From NCBI GenBank assembly GCA_963726745.1, contig CAVSDR010000003.1, positions 448,001 to 512,000 on the forward strand: a stretch of 64,000 bases of DNA. The letters are read 5' to 3'. This document shows, piece after piece, positions 39,160 to 49,015 of the stretch (its first letter is position 1; every line of letters starts with the position of its first letter). The notes beneath the pieces are model-generated. The model was not told where the DNA came from, made no database searches, and saw only the letters and a program-made list of their open reading frames with translations. This stretch comes from an uncultured Verrucomicrobiae bacterium (lineage in GTDB: Bacteria > Verrucomicrobiota > Verrucomicrobiia > Chthoniobacterales > UBA10450). The position numbers and the translations under genes were made by a program.

Positions 39160-40181
39160 AAGCGCTCGTCACCGGCGCGAATGGCTTGATCGGCGCGCAT
39201 CTCGTGCGCGCCCTGCTCAGCGACGGCCACCACGTCCGGGCGTTCGTCCGGCCGACGAGCGACGTGAGCACGCTGGCGGGCCTGGAGATTGAAATCGCCC
39301 ACGGCGACATCTTGCTGCCTGTTTCTCTCGCGGAAGCCGCGGCTGGCTGCGACGTTCTCTTCCACACCGCCGCCGTCTACGCCTACCGCGGCTACACCGC
39401 CGAGCAGCTCACGCGCATCGCGGTCGATGGCACCCGCAATGTCCTCCGCGCCGCGCGCGCTGCCGGCGTCGCGCGCGTCGTCCTCACTTCCTCGTCCGTC
39501 GTCCTCGGCTCGAGCACGCAGCCCGCAGTGCGCGACGAATCCCATTCGCTCAACGAAGCCAACGCCCCCGCCTACGTGCGCGCGAAAGCCGCGCAGGAAC
39601 GCAGCGCGTTCGAGACCGCGGAGAATCTCGGCGTCGATCTGGTCGCGGTTTTGCCGACGATCACCGTCGGCCCGCATGATCTCCGTCTCGGCCCGAGCAA
39701 CGCGATCCTGTGCAGCTATCTTCAGGACCCTTGGAAGCTCACCTGGCCGGGCGGTTGCAATGTCGTCGCCGCGGAGGATGTGGCCCGCGGGCACCTGCTG
39801 GCCGCGCTGCACGGGACGCGTGGCGAGCGCTACCTGCTCGGCGGGGAGAATCTCGAGTGGCCGCGGCTCCATCGTCTCGTCTCGGATATTTGCGGCGTCT
39901 CCGGGCCGATGTTGCAGGCTAATCACACCTCCGCCTTCCTGGCCGCGACCGCGCAGGAACTCTTCGCCTGGGCCACCGGGACGAACGCCCTCACGAGTCG
40001 CGCGCAGGCAGCCATGGTCGGCCGCTTCTATTGGTATGACCACGCGCAGGCCGCGGAAAAATTAGCCTACACCCCGATGCCGGCCCGAGCCGCGCTCGCT
40101 CGCGCGCTCGCGTGGCTCGCGACCACCGCACACCTTCCGCCGTGGGTGCGCGGGCGCTTGCACCTCGAACCTGCTGCCTAA
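39156..40181 (+). CDS. NAD-dependent epimerase/dehydratase (HpnA/dihydroflavonol reductase-like)
   Basis: TGANGLIG, FHTAA, TSS, YVRAK and GERYLLGGEN motifs. Confidence 0.88.
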   Translation: MKALVTGANGLIGAHLVRALLSDGHHVRAFVRPTSDVSTLAGLEIEIAHGDILLPVSLAEAAAGCDVLFHTAAVYAYRGYTAEQLTRIAVDGTRNVLRAARAAGVARVVLTSSSVVLGSSTQPAVRDESHSLNEANAPAYVRAKAAQERSAFETAENLGVDLVAVLPTITVGPHDLRLGPSNAILCSYLQDPWKLTWPGGCNVVAAEDVARGHLLAALHGTRGERYLLGGENLEWPRLHRLVSDICGVSGPMLQANHTSAFLAATAQELFAWATGTNALTSRAQAAMVGRFYWYDHAQAAEKLAYTPMPARAALARALAWLATTAHLPPWVRGRLHLEPAA

Positions 40182-40184
40182 CGA

Positions 40185-40697
40185 ATGGAAACGAAAACGC
40201 TCAGCATGGTGCAGCATCCGCGCGACCTCGTCTGGGTCACGATGCGCGATCGCCTCCCGGAAATCGTGGCCGCGGTCGAGGATGTCGAGAGCGTGGCGCT
40301 CGTAAGCTGCCAGGAATTAGCCGGCAACCTCTGCACGGAATATCTCTGGCAGGCGCGACCGAAGTTGCCCGCGCTCGTGGCCGTAAACGTCCGGCCGGAG
40401 ATGCTCCGCTGGACCGATCGCGCCCGCTGGTCGGAGCCGGAGTTCATTTGCACCTGGGAGATCGAGCCGCACGCCTTCCGCGAGAGCATCCAGTGCCGCG
40501 GGACCACGCGCTACGAGCTCGCCATGGGCGGCCGCGGCACGCGGATCACCTTCACGAGCGATTTCCAGCTCGGCCGCGCGCGCGACGGTGCCCCCGGCAA
40601 TCCCATGCTGCACCTGGCCGAGCCGATCCTGCGCGGCTTGATCCCGAAGAACTTCAGCAAAGTCGTGGCCGCGCTGGCCGCGCTTCTCGCTCGTTAG
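40185..40697 (+). CDS. START/SRPBCC-like (DUF2505-type) protein
   Basis: HPRDLVWVTMRD, WTDRARW, GRGTRITF helix-grip pattern. Confidence 0.6.
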   Translation: METKTLSMVQHPRDLVWVTMRDRLPEIVAAVEDVESVALVSCQELAGNLCTEYLWQARPKLPALVAVNVRPEMLRWTDRARWSEPEFICTWEIEPHAFRESIQCRGTTRYELAMGGRGTRITFTSDFQLGRARDGAPGNPMLHLAEPILRGLIPKNFSKVVAALAALLAR

Positions 40698-41935
40698 GCA
40701 GCAACTTCTGCCGGCGACGACACCAGCCAACCGTGGTGAAACCCGAGCCGCGGGTCGGCGTATTTCCCGACGTGCGGCGCAAACTCCTGCAGCGGCGGCA
40801 TGCTCACGCGCAGCCGGATTTGGTTCGAGGGATAATCGTAAACCGTGATGTGATTCAGCCCGCGATTCGCGGTGAAGAGGAGCGACTGGTCCTTCGAAAG
40901 CTGGCAGGCGTAGATCGAATCGAGGATCGCATATTGGCTCACCCGGAGCGCGTTCAGAATGTGCCGGCTATTGGTCGACCAACTGGCGCGACCGAAGACT
41001 TCCAGGACCTGCGTGGCGATTTCGCGCGGCCGGCGCAGGAGGCTGGCTGCGTCCGGCGTTTCATCGATCATGCGGAAATCGCGGAAGCTTTCGAGGTCGA
41101 TCATGATGATCGTCTGGCTCGCGCCATTGCAGAAAATCAGCTCGCGATCGGAGATGGTGACGTCGGAATTGATGTGCGCCGGGGTCTCGCGGCTCGCAGT
41201 CCAATGCCGCACGATCCCACCGCTGGGCGCATCAATCTCGAAGGCGTATTCCTTCATGAAGGCGATGGCCCATTCGTGGTAATCCTCGTGGTCCTGCGGG
41301 AGGACGCGGAAGGAAACGGCGTAGAACAGATCCTTCGTCGGATGCGCCACCAGGTGCCAGCAAGTCGTCGGCAATGAGATCCGCGTGGCCTCGCCCGTGA
41401 CCATGTCCCACACGCCCACTTCCTTTGCTTCACCGTCGCGACCGTGCGCCGGATTATCCATCGAGCCGTAACACATGTAACGGCCGGAGCGCGTCAGCTT
41501 CATCCCGTGCGGCAGCTTCACCTTGTGCGGCCCGAGCTTCTCGCCCTTCGAGAGATCGCGGAGGTCGAACTTGTAAAAGTAATCGCCGATCGCGGTGATG
41601 AACTCGTGCGTGTTCAGCCAAATCGCGTGCGTGCTCCCGCGAATCGTGGTGTCGTTAGGCTCGAAGCGCAGGGTGGAGATGCGTTCGATTTCCTCCAGCG
41701 TCTCGGCATCGTAGAAAATGAGATGCTGCCCGGCGTTGCCGAGGTAGCCGTAGCTCGCGGCGGCATTCACGCTGACCGCATGACCCGCGGCCGCGCCCTG
41801 GAAATACTTGATCTTATAGGCGTAGGAATTGTCCGCCGGATCGAAGAGAAAAATGCACGTCCCGGCCATGCCTTCGAGGCCGTTGAGCCCGTTCCCGTCG
41901 AGGGCCACGTGGAAAGCATAGGGGTAACGCTTCAC
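40694..41935 (-). CDS. hypothetical beta-propeller-like protein
   Basis: His/Trp-punctuated blade-like repeats (PHGMKLT, CWHLVAHP, FTANRG); GTG start at 41935 chosen. Confidence 0.6.
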   Translation of the reverse strand: MKRYPYAFHVALDGNGLNGLEGMAGTCIFLFDPADNSYAYKIKYFQGAAAGHAVSVNAAASYGYLGNAGQHLIFYDAETLEEIERISTLRFEPNDTTIRGSTHAIWLNTHEFITAIGDYFYKFDLRDLSKGEKLGPHKVKLPHGMKLTRSGRYMCYGSMDNPAHGRDGEAKEVGVWDMVTGEATRISLPTTCWHLVAHPTKDLFYAVSFRVLPQDHEDYHEWAIAFMKEYAFEIDAPSGGIVRHWTASRETPAHINSDVTISDRELIFCNGASQTIIMIDLESFRDFRMIDETPDAASLLRRPREIATQVLEVFGRASWSTNSRHILNALRVSQYAILDSIYACQLSKDQSLLFTANRGLNHITVYDYPSNQIRLRVSMPPLQEFAPHVGKYADPRLGFHHGWLVSSPAEVAA

Positions 41936-42057
41936 GCCAGCGCCAGCTTGGGCGGTCGCGGTCGGCGGCGTCAAGCTCCGCACCGCGGCGCCGCAACTGG
42001 CGAACGCTCGAAGCTATGCTGGTCGCGCTGCAACTCACGTGCTAGAAGCTCTTTCGC

Positions 42058-42990
42058 ATGAGAACCCTCGCGCCGACGAATTCCTCCAGCGCCGCGGCCT
42101 GGCGCGCCTTTGAATTTCCCACGATCGACCAGGTGATGGTGGAGGAACGCGCGGCCGCCTTCACCAAGCGAAGCATCAAAACTTCCGCCAAGCTCGAGGG
42201 CTTGAAGCTGGCGGTCTCGATGATGGACCTGACCACGCTCGAGGGAAAAGACACGCCCGGGAAGGTGGCCTTCCTTTGCCGCAAGGCGATGCAACCAACC
42301 GATCCGCGCTACGACGTGCCGAGCTGCGCGGCGGTCTGCGTTTACCCGAACCTGGTGCGCGCGGCGAAGAAATTTCTCGGCGATTCCGGGGTCAAAGTTG
42401 CCTCGGTCGCGACCGCTTTCCCGACCGGCTTGATGCCGCTGAAATTGAAGCTCGAGGAAGTGCGCAGCGCTGCCGGCGACGGCGCGGATGAGATCGACAT
42501 GGTGATCGATCGCGGCGTCTTCCTTGCCGGCAATTACGCCAGAATAGCCGACGAGATCGCGGCCACGAAGGAAGCCTGCGGCGAGGCGCACCTGAAAGTG
42601 ATCCTCGAGACCGGCGAGCTCCAGACCTACGACAACGTCCGGGTCGCGAGCGAAATCGCGATGCGCAGCGGCGCGGATTTCATCAAAACCTCGACCGGCA
42701 AGGTGGAGCCGGCCGCGACCATTCCGGTGACGCTGGTCATGCTCGAGGCCATTCGCGATTACTTCTACGAAACCGGCATTCGCATCGGGATGAAACCGGC
42801 CGGCGGCATCCGCACCGCGAAGCAGGCACTGGCCTACCTGGTGATGGTGAAGGAGACGCTGGGCGACGATTGGCTCACGCCGGATCTCTTCCGCTTTGGC
42901 GCGAGCACCCTGGTGAACGACGTCCTCATGCAGATCGTGAAGAGCGTCGACGGCAATTACCAAAGCGGCGACTATTTCTCGCTCCCCTGA
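42058..42990 (+). CDS. deoC: deoxyribose-phosphate aldolase
   Basis: DLTTL, AAVCVYP, GADEIDMV, LKVILETGEL, DFIKTSTGK and KPAGGIR motifs. Confidence 0.95.
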   Translation: MRTLAPTNSSSAAAWRAFEFPTIDQVMVEERAAAFTKRSIKTSAKLEGLKLAVSMMDLTTLEGKDTPGKVAFLCRKAMQPTDPRYDVPSCAAVCVYPNLVRAAKKFLGDSGVKVASVATAFPTGLMPLKLKLEEVRSAAGDGADEIDMVIDRGVFLAGNYARIADEIAATKEACGEAHLKVILETGELQTYDNVRVASEIAMRSGADFIKTSTGKVEPAATIPVTLVMLEAIRDYFYETGIRIGMKPAGGIRTAKQALAYLVMVKETLGDDWLTPDLFRFGASTLVNDVLMQIVKSVDGNYQSGDYFSLP

Positions 42991-43005
42991 TCCGGAGAAA
43001 ATTTC

Positions 43006-44556
43006 ATGGCTAAAAAAACTTCCCGTAGCAGCAGCAAAGCCCTCGCGGTTAAGCCGGAGAAAATCCTCACGGGCGGCCCCGTGGCCCTCCCGCCTAACGA
43101 GCGCAAGCTCAACTTCGGCGATCGCTGGAATTACACGCCCGCGCCGGAGGCGAACAACTACATCGAAGTAAAGAAGCGCTACTCGCTCTTCATCAACGGG
43201 AAGTTCGTCGCGCCGCATTCCGGAAAACATTTCCCCTCGATCAATCCTGCGACCGAGGAGCAACTGGCGGAGATCGCCGAGGGCGACGCGCACGATGTCG
43301 ATCTCGCAGTCAAGGCCGCGCGCACGGCTTACAACAAGACCTGGAGCAAAATGCCCGGGCGCGAGCGCGGAAAATATCTCTACCGGATCGCGCGCCTGAT
43401 TCAGGAAAAATCGCGTGAACTCGCCGTGCTCGAGTCGATGGATGGCGGCAAGACGATCAAGGAATCGCGCGACGTCGACCTGCCGCTGGTCGCGGCGCAT
43501 TTCTTCTACTACGCCGGTTGGGCGGACAAGCTGCAATACGCCTTCCCCGGCCGCACCCCGCAGTCGTTAGGCGTCGCCGGCCAGATCATCCCGTGGAATT
43601 TCCCGCTGCTCATGGCCGCATGGAAGCTCGCGCCCGCGCTCGCCTGCGGAAACACCTGCGTGCTCAAGCCGGCCGAAACCACCAGCATCACTGCGATGCA
43701 CTTGGCGGAGATTTTCCAGGAAGCCGGGCTGCCCGATGGCGTGGTCAACATCGTCACCGGCGCGCGCGCCACCGGCCAGGCGCTGGTCGATCATCCGGAC
43801 GTAAACAAGCTCGCCTTCACCGGCTCCACCGCCGTGGGCAAAATGCTCACGCAAGCGGTCGCGGGCACGAACAAGCGGCTCACGCTCGAGCTCGGCGGCA
43901 AGGCCGCGAACATCGTCTTCGAGGACGCGCCGATCGACCAGGCGATCGAGGGGATCATCGGCGGCATCTATTTCAACCAGGGCCACGTCTGCTGCGCCGG
44001 CTCGCGTTTGCTCGTGCAGGAGGGCGTCTTCCCGCAGGTCATCCGCAAGTTGCGCGATCGCATCGCGACCCTGCGCGTAGGCAATCCGCTGGATAAAAAT
44101 ACCGACATCGGCGCGATCAATTCGCGGATGCAGCTGGATAAAATTCACGAGCTGGTCGACAGCGGCCTGCAGCAGGGCGCGGAGCTGGTCCAGCCGCGGT
44201 GCAAGTTGCCGGCTAAAGGCTACTGGTATCCGCCGAGTTTCTTCACCGGCGTGACCGCCTCGCATCGCATCGCGCAGGAGGAAATTTTTGGACCGGTCCT
44301 GAGCGTGATGACCTTCCGCACCCCGGAGGAAGCGATCGAGCGCGCGAACAACACCATGTATGGCCTGAGCGCCGGCATCTGGACGGATAAAGGCAGCAAG
44401 ATCTTCAAGATGGCCTCGAAGCTCCGCGCGGGCGTGGTCTGGGCGAACACCTTCAACAAGTTCGACCCGACCAGCCCCTTCGGCGGCTACAAGGAGAGCG
44501 GCTTCGGCCGCGAAGGCGGGCTGCACGGGCTCGCGCCCTATCTCTCGTTAGGCTAG
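43006..44556 (+). CDS. aldehyde dehydrogenase (deoC-associated)
   Basis: PWNFP, FTGST, LELGGK, FNQGHVCCAG and EEIFGP motifs. Confidence 0.95.
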   Translation: MAKKTSRSSSKALAVKPEKILTGGPVALPPNERKLNFGDRWNYTPAPEANNYIEVKKRYSLFINGKFVAPHSGKHFPSINPATEEQLAEIAEGDAHDVDLAVKAARTAYNKTWSKMPGRERGKYLYRIARLIQEKSRELAVLESMDGGKTIKESRDVDLPLVAAHFFYYAGWADKLQYAFPGRTPQSLGVAGQIIPWNFPLLMAAWKLAPALACGNTCVLKPAETTSITAMHLAEIFQEAGLPDGVVNIVTGARATGQALVDHPDVNKLAFTGSTAVGKMLTQAVAGTNKRLTLELGGKAANIVFEDAPIDQAIEGIIGGIYFNQGHVCCAGSRLLVQEGVFPQVIRKLRDRIATLRVGNPLDKNTDIGAINSRMQLDKIHELVDSGLQQGAELVQPRCKLPAKGYWYPPSFFTGVTASHRIAQEEIFGPVLSVMTFRTPEEAIERANNTMYGLSAGIWTDKGSKIFKMASKLRAGVVWANTFNKFDPTSPFGGYKESGFGREGGLHGLAPYLSLG

Positions 44557-45615
44557 CTAGCGTTCCGCGCGGGCGTCGAAGTACAGCAGGACAAACGCGA
44601 TCCCAAGCAGCGGCCGCAGGACCGCGTGCACCGCGCTGCTGAGGAGATCGAGCATCGGCGATCTCGCCAGCTCCTGGGTGCGCGCGATCGCCTGCTCAAA
44701 GCTGGTCACGCCTTGCAGGTGGACCATCAGATACGGCACCTCGACGATCGCGCTCGCGAGCACCAACAGCACCAGCCAGAGCGAGGCGATGATCGCGCCC
44801 CGCGCCAGCGGGCGCTCGAGAAAAGGCGCGGTCCGCCGGCTGCGCGCCAGTTCCTTGCTCTCCGCCAGCGCAGCCACGCCGTCGTGGTCGCCGATGGTCG
44901 CGCTCTGTTGCCAGAAGAGAAAATTAATGAAGAGCCGCCCGACCATGTAGACCTGGAATCCGAGCGCGAAGACGGCGAGCAGAAAGGAGAAAATGGATGG
45001 CGAACCGGCCACCAGCGCGACGGCGAGCAAGGGCAACGCGGTCCAAAAAAAGTAATTCCCGTAGACCAGGAGCGAGAGCCGGGCGAGCCGCGGCCAAAAC
45101 TGGAAGCTTCGCCGGAAGACTTCGCCCCATCGCAGCCCGCGTCCCGCGGCCAGATCGAGCGTGGCAAATTGCAGCCCACCGAGAAAGACCGGCCACGCGA
45201 GCATGAGCGCGATGACCGCGGGAATCGCAGCCATCCAGCCTTTGGTCATGCTCAAGGTTTCGCCTTGCGTCAGGTCCGGCAGTTCCAGATTCAGCCGCAG
45301 CAAAAACGACGGCACCGCCGGCAGGAGGGCGAGCAGAAGGAAGAGCGGAAAGCCGCGGAAGTAGATGCGGAAGCTTTCCGCCAGGAGGCCGGCAAAACTC
45401 CGGCGGCGAAAGACAGTCGCGAGTGCCGCCTCATCGGGCGTGATCGTGCGGAAGAGTTCCGGAAACTCCGAGGCCGCGCGCCACTCGGTCGCGTTCTCCG
45501 GGCGCACTTCGTTTTCCGCGATCAAGCGCCCTTCCGCTTTCCATTCCTGGAGCGTCTCGAGGTCGACCGGGCCGTATTCTTTTCCCTGCACGCGCACGAA
45601 CCAATCTTCCGTCAT
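44557..45615 (-). CDS. GYF_2/DUF4339 domain membrane protein
   Basis: N-terminal WFV..GKEYGPV..L..W..EGR; multiple TM segments. Confidence 0.8.
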   Translation of the reverse strand: MTEDWFVRVQGKEYGPVDLETLQEWKAEGRLIAENEVRPENATEWRAASEFPELFRTITPDEAALATVFRRRSFAGLLAESFRIYFRGFPLFLLLALLPAVPSFLLRLNLELPDLTQGETLSMTKGWMAAIPAVIALMLAWPVFLGGLQFATLDLAAGRGLRWGEVFRRSFQFWPRLARLSLLVYGNYFFWTALPLLAVALVAGSPSIFSFLLAVFALGFQVYMVGRLFINFLFWQQSATIGDHDGVAALAESKELARSRRTAPFLERPLARGAIIASLWLVLLVLASAIVEVPYLMVHLQGVTSFEQAIARTQELARSPMLDLLSSAVHAVLRPLLGIAFVLLYFDARAER

Positions 45616-45702
45616 GCGCGATTATCGACGCGGAAGCGCGCGAATACGAATCGCGCGAAAAAGGCGGGTGAAGCCCGCTGCTGCGTGGCTACGGTGCTCT
45701 TC

Positions 45703-46617
45703 GTGAAACTCCTCCTGGTCGACGGCCATTATTACGTTTACCGCTCGTTTTTCGCTCTTCCCGCGCTCTCGAATTCCCGCGGCGAACCGACGAACGCGAT
45801 CCTTGGTTTTGCGAAGACCGTGCGCCGGATGTTGAAAGATCTGCAGCCGGAGATGGGCGCGATCTTCTGGGATGAAGGTCTGCCGCAAAAGCGCGTGGAG
45901 CTGCAGCCGGCCTACAAGGAAACGCGCAAGGAAATGCCGCAGCCGATGGTCCCGCAGCTCGCGCTCATCCGCCGCCAGCTCACCGGCCTGATGGGCTTCC
46001 AGAACATCTCGCTGCCTAATACCGAGGCCGACGATCTCATGGGCTGCTACGCGATCGCCGCGCGTCGTCGCGGCTGGGAAGCGATCCTGGCGACGAACGA
46101 CAAGGACTTGTTCCAGTTGGTCAACGACCAGGTGAAAGTCTACACCACCGCGAAGGCGGACCTGCTGACGCCGAAGGACACCTACGCGCTCCTCGGCGAG
46201 CAGGAAGTGCTGGCTAAATGGGAGTGCTCCCCGAAACAGATCGGCGACGTGCTCGCGATTGCCGGCGACTCCGTCGACAACATCCCCGGCGCCGGCGTGG
46301 GCCGGAAAGCGGCCGCGGCGTTGCTCCGCGAACATGGCGACCTCGAGACGCTCCTGGCCAATCTCGACCGCGTGAAAAGCGCGCGGACCCGCGAGAAGCT
46401 GGCGGCGGCGCGCGAGCAAATTTTGCAGAACCGGAAAATGGTCGAGCTCGATTGCGACACGCCGCTGCCGTTGCCGCTGGACGACCTGCGCATTCGCCCG
46501 GATTACCCGGCGTTAATCGGTTTCCTGGAGCAGCACGAGATCAAATCCGTCCTCCAGGAGGTGCGCGACGAGGCCGCGAAGGTGGGAATCGCCCAGCAAA
46601 GCGAGCTTTCCCTGTAG
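45703..46617 (+). CDS. stand-alone 5'-3' exonuclease/flap endonuclease (Pol I N-terminal-like)
   Basis: LLVDG..YRSFF, YKETR, EADD, NDKD and GDSVDNIPG motifs. Confidence 0.9.
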   Translation: MKLLLVDGHYYVYRSFFALPALSNSRGEPTNAILGFAKTVRRMLKDLQPEMGAIFWDEGLPQKRVELQPAYKETRKEMPQPMVPQLALIRRQLTGLMGFQNISLPNTEADDLMGCYAIAARRRGWEAILATNDKDLFQLVNDQVKVYTTAKADLLTPKDTYALLGEQEVLAKWECSPKQIGDVLAIAGDSVDNIPGAGVGRKAAAALLREHGDLETLLANLDRVKSARTREKLAAAREQILQNRKMVELDCDTPLPLPLDDLRIRPDYPALIGFLEQHEIKSVLQEVRDEAAKVGIAQQSELSL

Positions 46618-46686
46618 GCCGGAAAATTCCCGGAAAATTCCTTGAACGTCCGCCGCGGGCCGCTGTCTCACTTATCAGGTTAAGGC

Positions 46687-46754
46687 GATTCGGGCGGCGG
46701 CACGTTTTCCGTATTTGTTGTTTCTCCTACGTGCGTCGCCCGGATCTTTTTTTT
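46687..46754 (+). terminator. long hairpin plus T8 (terminator, attenuator or sRNA 3' end)
   Basis: GATTCGGGCGGCGGCACGT pairs with ACGTGCGTCGCCCGGATC around a 23-nt pyrimidine-rich loop, followed by T8. Confidence 0.6.
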
Positions 46755-46837
46755 GCCATCTCGTCGGCTAAATTCTGAGCCGCACTCCGGAGTTGTCAGG
46801 CTCCTCGCGCTCTGCTGAGGTTTCCCCTCGCCTTTCC

Positions 46838-48166
46838 ATGGAATCCTCTTCTTTCGGCCTGCGTGGCTATGTGATCGATGCGCCGCAGTTCGGCACCTTG
46901 CGCGGGCTGCGCGACGGCGCCGTGGTCGTGGAAAATGGCCGCATCGCCGCGATTGGCGATTACCAGGAGCTCCGCCGCCAGGGCAAGCCCGGCCTGCGCT
47001 GGATCGAGCACGAGGACGCGGCGATTTTCCCCGGGCTGGTTGATTGCCACACGCATCTCCCGCAATACCCGGTAGTCGCCCGCGGGCAGGACGCGCTCCT
47101 GCCCTGGCTGCGCGAGAATATTTTCCCGACGGAGCGCGAGTTCAGCGGGCCCAAGGCGCGTGAGGAAGCGCCGCGTTTCTTCCGCGAGCTCGCGCGCCAC
47201 GGCACCACCACTGCGATGGTCTACAGCGCGATCTACGAGGAGAGCACCGATGCCGCTTTCGAGGCCGCGGAACGGAGCGGCCTGCGCGTGATTCTCGGCA
47301 AGATGATGATGGACCTCGGCTCCTACGGGTCGCTTCAGCCGAAGAAAATCCTCAGCATTTCCCTGCGCGAAAGCGAGACGCTTTGCCGGAAGTGGCACGG
47401 CGCGGCCGAGGGGCGAATAGACTACGCTTTCAGCCCGCGTTTTGCCGTCACTTGCTCGGAGAAATTGATGCGCAGCGCCGCGGAGCTCGCGCGCGAGCAC
47501 GGCGCCTATCTCCAGACGCACCTCGCGGAAAACCGCGAGGAGATCGAGAAAGTGCGCAATCTCTACATGTGGGCGCGCGACTACACCGACGTCTATGAGC
47601 AGGCCGGAATGCTCACGCCGAAGACCATGCTCGGGCATTGCATCCATCTTTCAGCGCGCGAGGTCAGCGCCATCGCCGGGGCGCGCTCCGCGGTCGCGCA
47701 TTGCCCGACCTCGAATCTCTACCTCGGCAGCGGCGTGATGAAGCTCGACCAGCTCCGCGCTGCCGGCATCGCCGTTGGCCTCGGTTCCGACGTGGCCGCC
47801 GGACCGGAATTAAACCTGTGGCAGGTGATGCGCTCCGCGGTGGAATCGCAGCGCGTGCGCGCCTTTTACGAGCCGGAGGTGCAACCGCTCCGCCTCTCGG
47901 AAGCGTTCTACCTCGCGACCGCCGGCGGGGCCCATGCTCTCGGCAAACAAAACGTGATTGGAACTCTCGATGTCGGAAAGGAAGCGGACTTGCTCGTGGT
48001 CGACCTGGCCGCGCTGCATCCGTATGGACGGGAGCGCGCGCGTTTCCTGGAGATGTCGAAAGAAGACGTGATCGCGCTGTGCGTTTACCGCGGCGGCCCG
48101 CATGGAACGCGCGAGGCCTTCGTGCGCGGGCGCTCGGTCTACCGCGCCAACGGAGAGGCGGCCTGA
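46838..48166 (+). CDS. guaD: guanine deaminase
   Basis: PGLVDCHTHLPQY, GTTTA, SPRFAVTCS, QTHLAEN, HCPTSN and GSDVAAG motifs. Confidence 0.9.
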   Translation: MESSSFGLRGYVIDAPQFGTLRGLRDGAVVVENGRIAAIGDYQELRRQGKPGLRWIEHEDAAIFPGLVDCHTHLPQYPVVARGQDALLPWLRENIFPTEREFSGPKAREEAPRFFRELARHGTTTAMVYSAIYEESTDAAFEAAERSGLRVILGKMMMDLGSYGSLQPKKILSISLRESETLCRKWHGAAEGRIDYAFSPRFAVTCSEKLMRSAAELAREHGAYLQTHLAENREEIEKVRNLYMWARDYTDVYEQAGMLTPKTMLGHCIHLSAREVSAIAGARSAVAHCPTSNLYLGSGVMKLDQLRAAGIAVGLGSDVAAGPELNLWQVMRSAVESQRVRAFYEPEVQPLRLSEAFYLATAGGAHALGKQNVIGTLDVGKEADLLVVDLAALHPYGRERARFLEMSKEDVIALCVYRGGPHGTREAFVRGRSVYRANGEAA

Positions 48167-48169
48167 CCC

Positions 48170-49015
48170 GTGGAGACGCACGATCCCATCGCCGCCGCGC
48201 TCGCCGAGGACATCGGCGCCGGCGACATCACCTCGAAGTATTTCGTCCCGCCGGGCACGCAGGCGCTGGCCCGGATCATCCCGCGCGAACGCGCCATCCT
48301 CGCCGGGGCCGATACCGCGGCGGAAGTTTTTCGCCGGGTCGATCCGCGGCTGCAAGTGCAGGTCTTGTTGGAGGACGGCAGCTCGTTGACCGGCGGCGAG
48401 ACGATTCTGGAAGTGCGCGGCGCCGCCTGTTCCATCCTCACCGCCGAACGCGTGGCGCTTAATTTTCTCCAGCGCCTTTCCGGCATCGCCACGCTCACGC
48501 GGCAGTTCGTGGAAGGTGTCGGCAAATCCAAGGCGCAGATCCTCGACACTCGCAAGACCACCCCAGGTCTGCGCGCGCTCGAGAAGGCCGCGGTCCTCGC
48601 CGGCGGCGGGGTCAACCATCGTCTCGGCCTCTACGACATGGTCCTGGTGAAGGACAACCACTTGATGACGCACAGCGGTTTCAGCGGCCTGGCGGAGGCG
48701 ATCGCCCGCGTGCGCGCGGAACATCCGGAGATGCGGATCGAGGTGGAAGCCGACCGCCTCGACCAGGTGCGCGCGTTGCTCGAGATCGACGGGATCGACG
48801 TCATCTTGCTGGATAATATGGCCCCGGGTGAGATGCGCGAAGCGGTCGCGGTGGGAAAAGCCAAGGGCGTGAAATTCGAGGCCAGCGGCGGGGTCACCCT
48901 GAAAAACATCCGGCAAATCGCCGGCAGCGGAGTCGACTACGTGAGCGTCGGCGCCTTGACCCACTCCGCGCGCGCGATCGATCTCTCGCTGGAACTCACG
49001 CATGTCGCCGGCTGA
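48170..49015 (+). CDS. nadC: quinolinate phosphoribosyltransferase
   Basis: EDIGAGDITS, AERVALN, DTRKTTPG, KDNH and EASGG motifs. Confidence 0.95.
   Translation: METHDPIAAALAEDIGAGDITSKYFVPPGTQALARIIPRERAILAGADTAAEVFRRVDPRLQVQVLLEDGSSLTGGETILEVRGAACSILTAERVALNFLQRLSGIATLTRQFVEGVGKSKAQILDTRKTTPGLRALEKAAVLAGGGVNHRLGLYDMVLVKDNHLMTHSGFSGLAEAIARVRAEHPEMRIEVEADRLDQVRALLEIDGIDVILLDNMAPGEMREAVAVGKAKGVKFEASGGVTLKNIRQIAGSGVDYVSVGALTHSARAIDLSLELTHVAG

Noticed and set aside
44626..45702. Long N-terminal extension on the 5'-3' exonuclease ORF (663 aa in the track)
   Set aside because: It overlaps the minus-strand GYF_2 gene; exonuclease similarity begins at GTG 45703.
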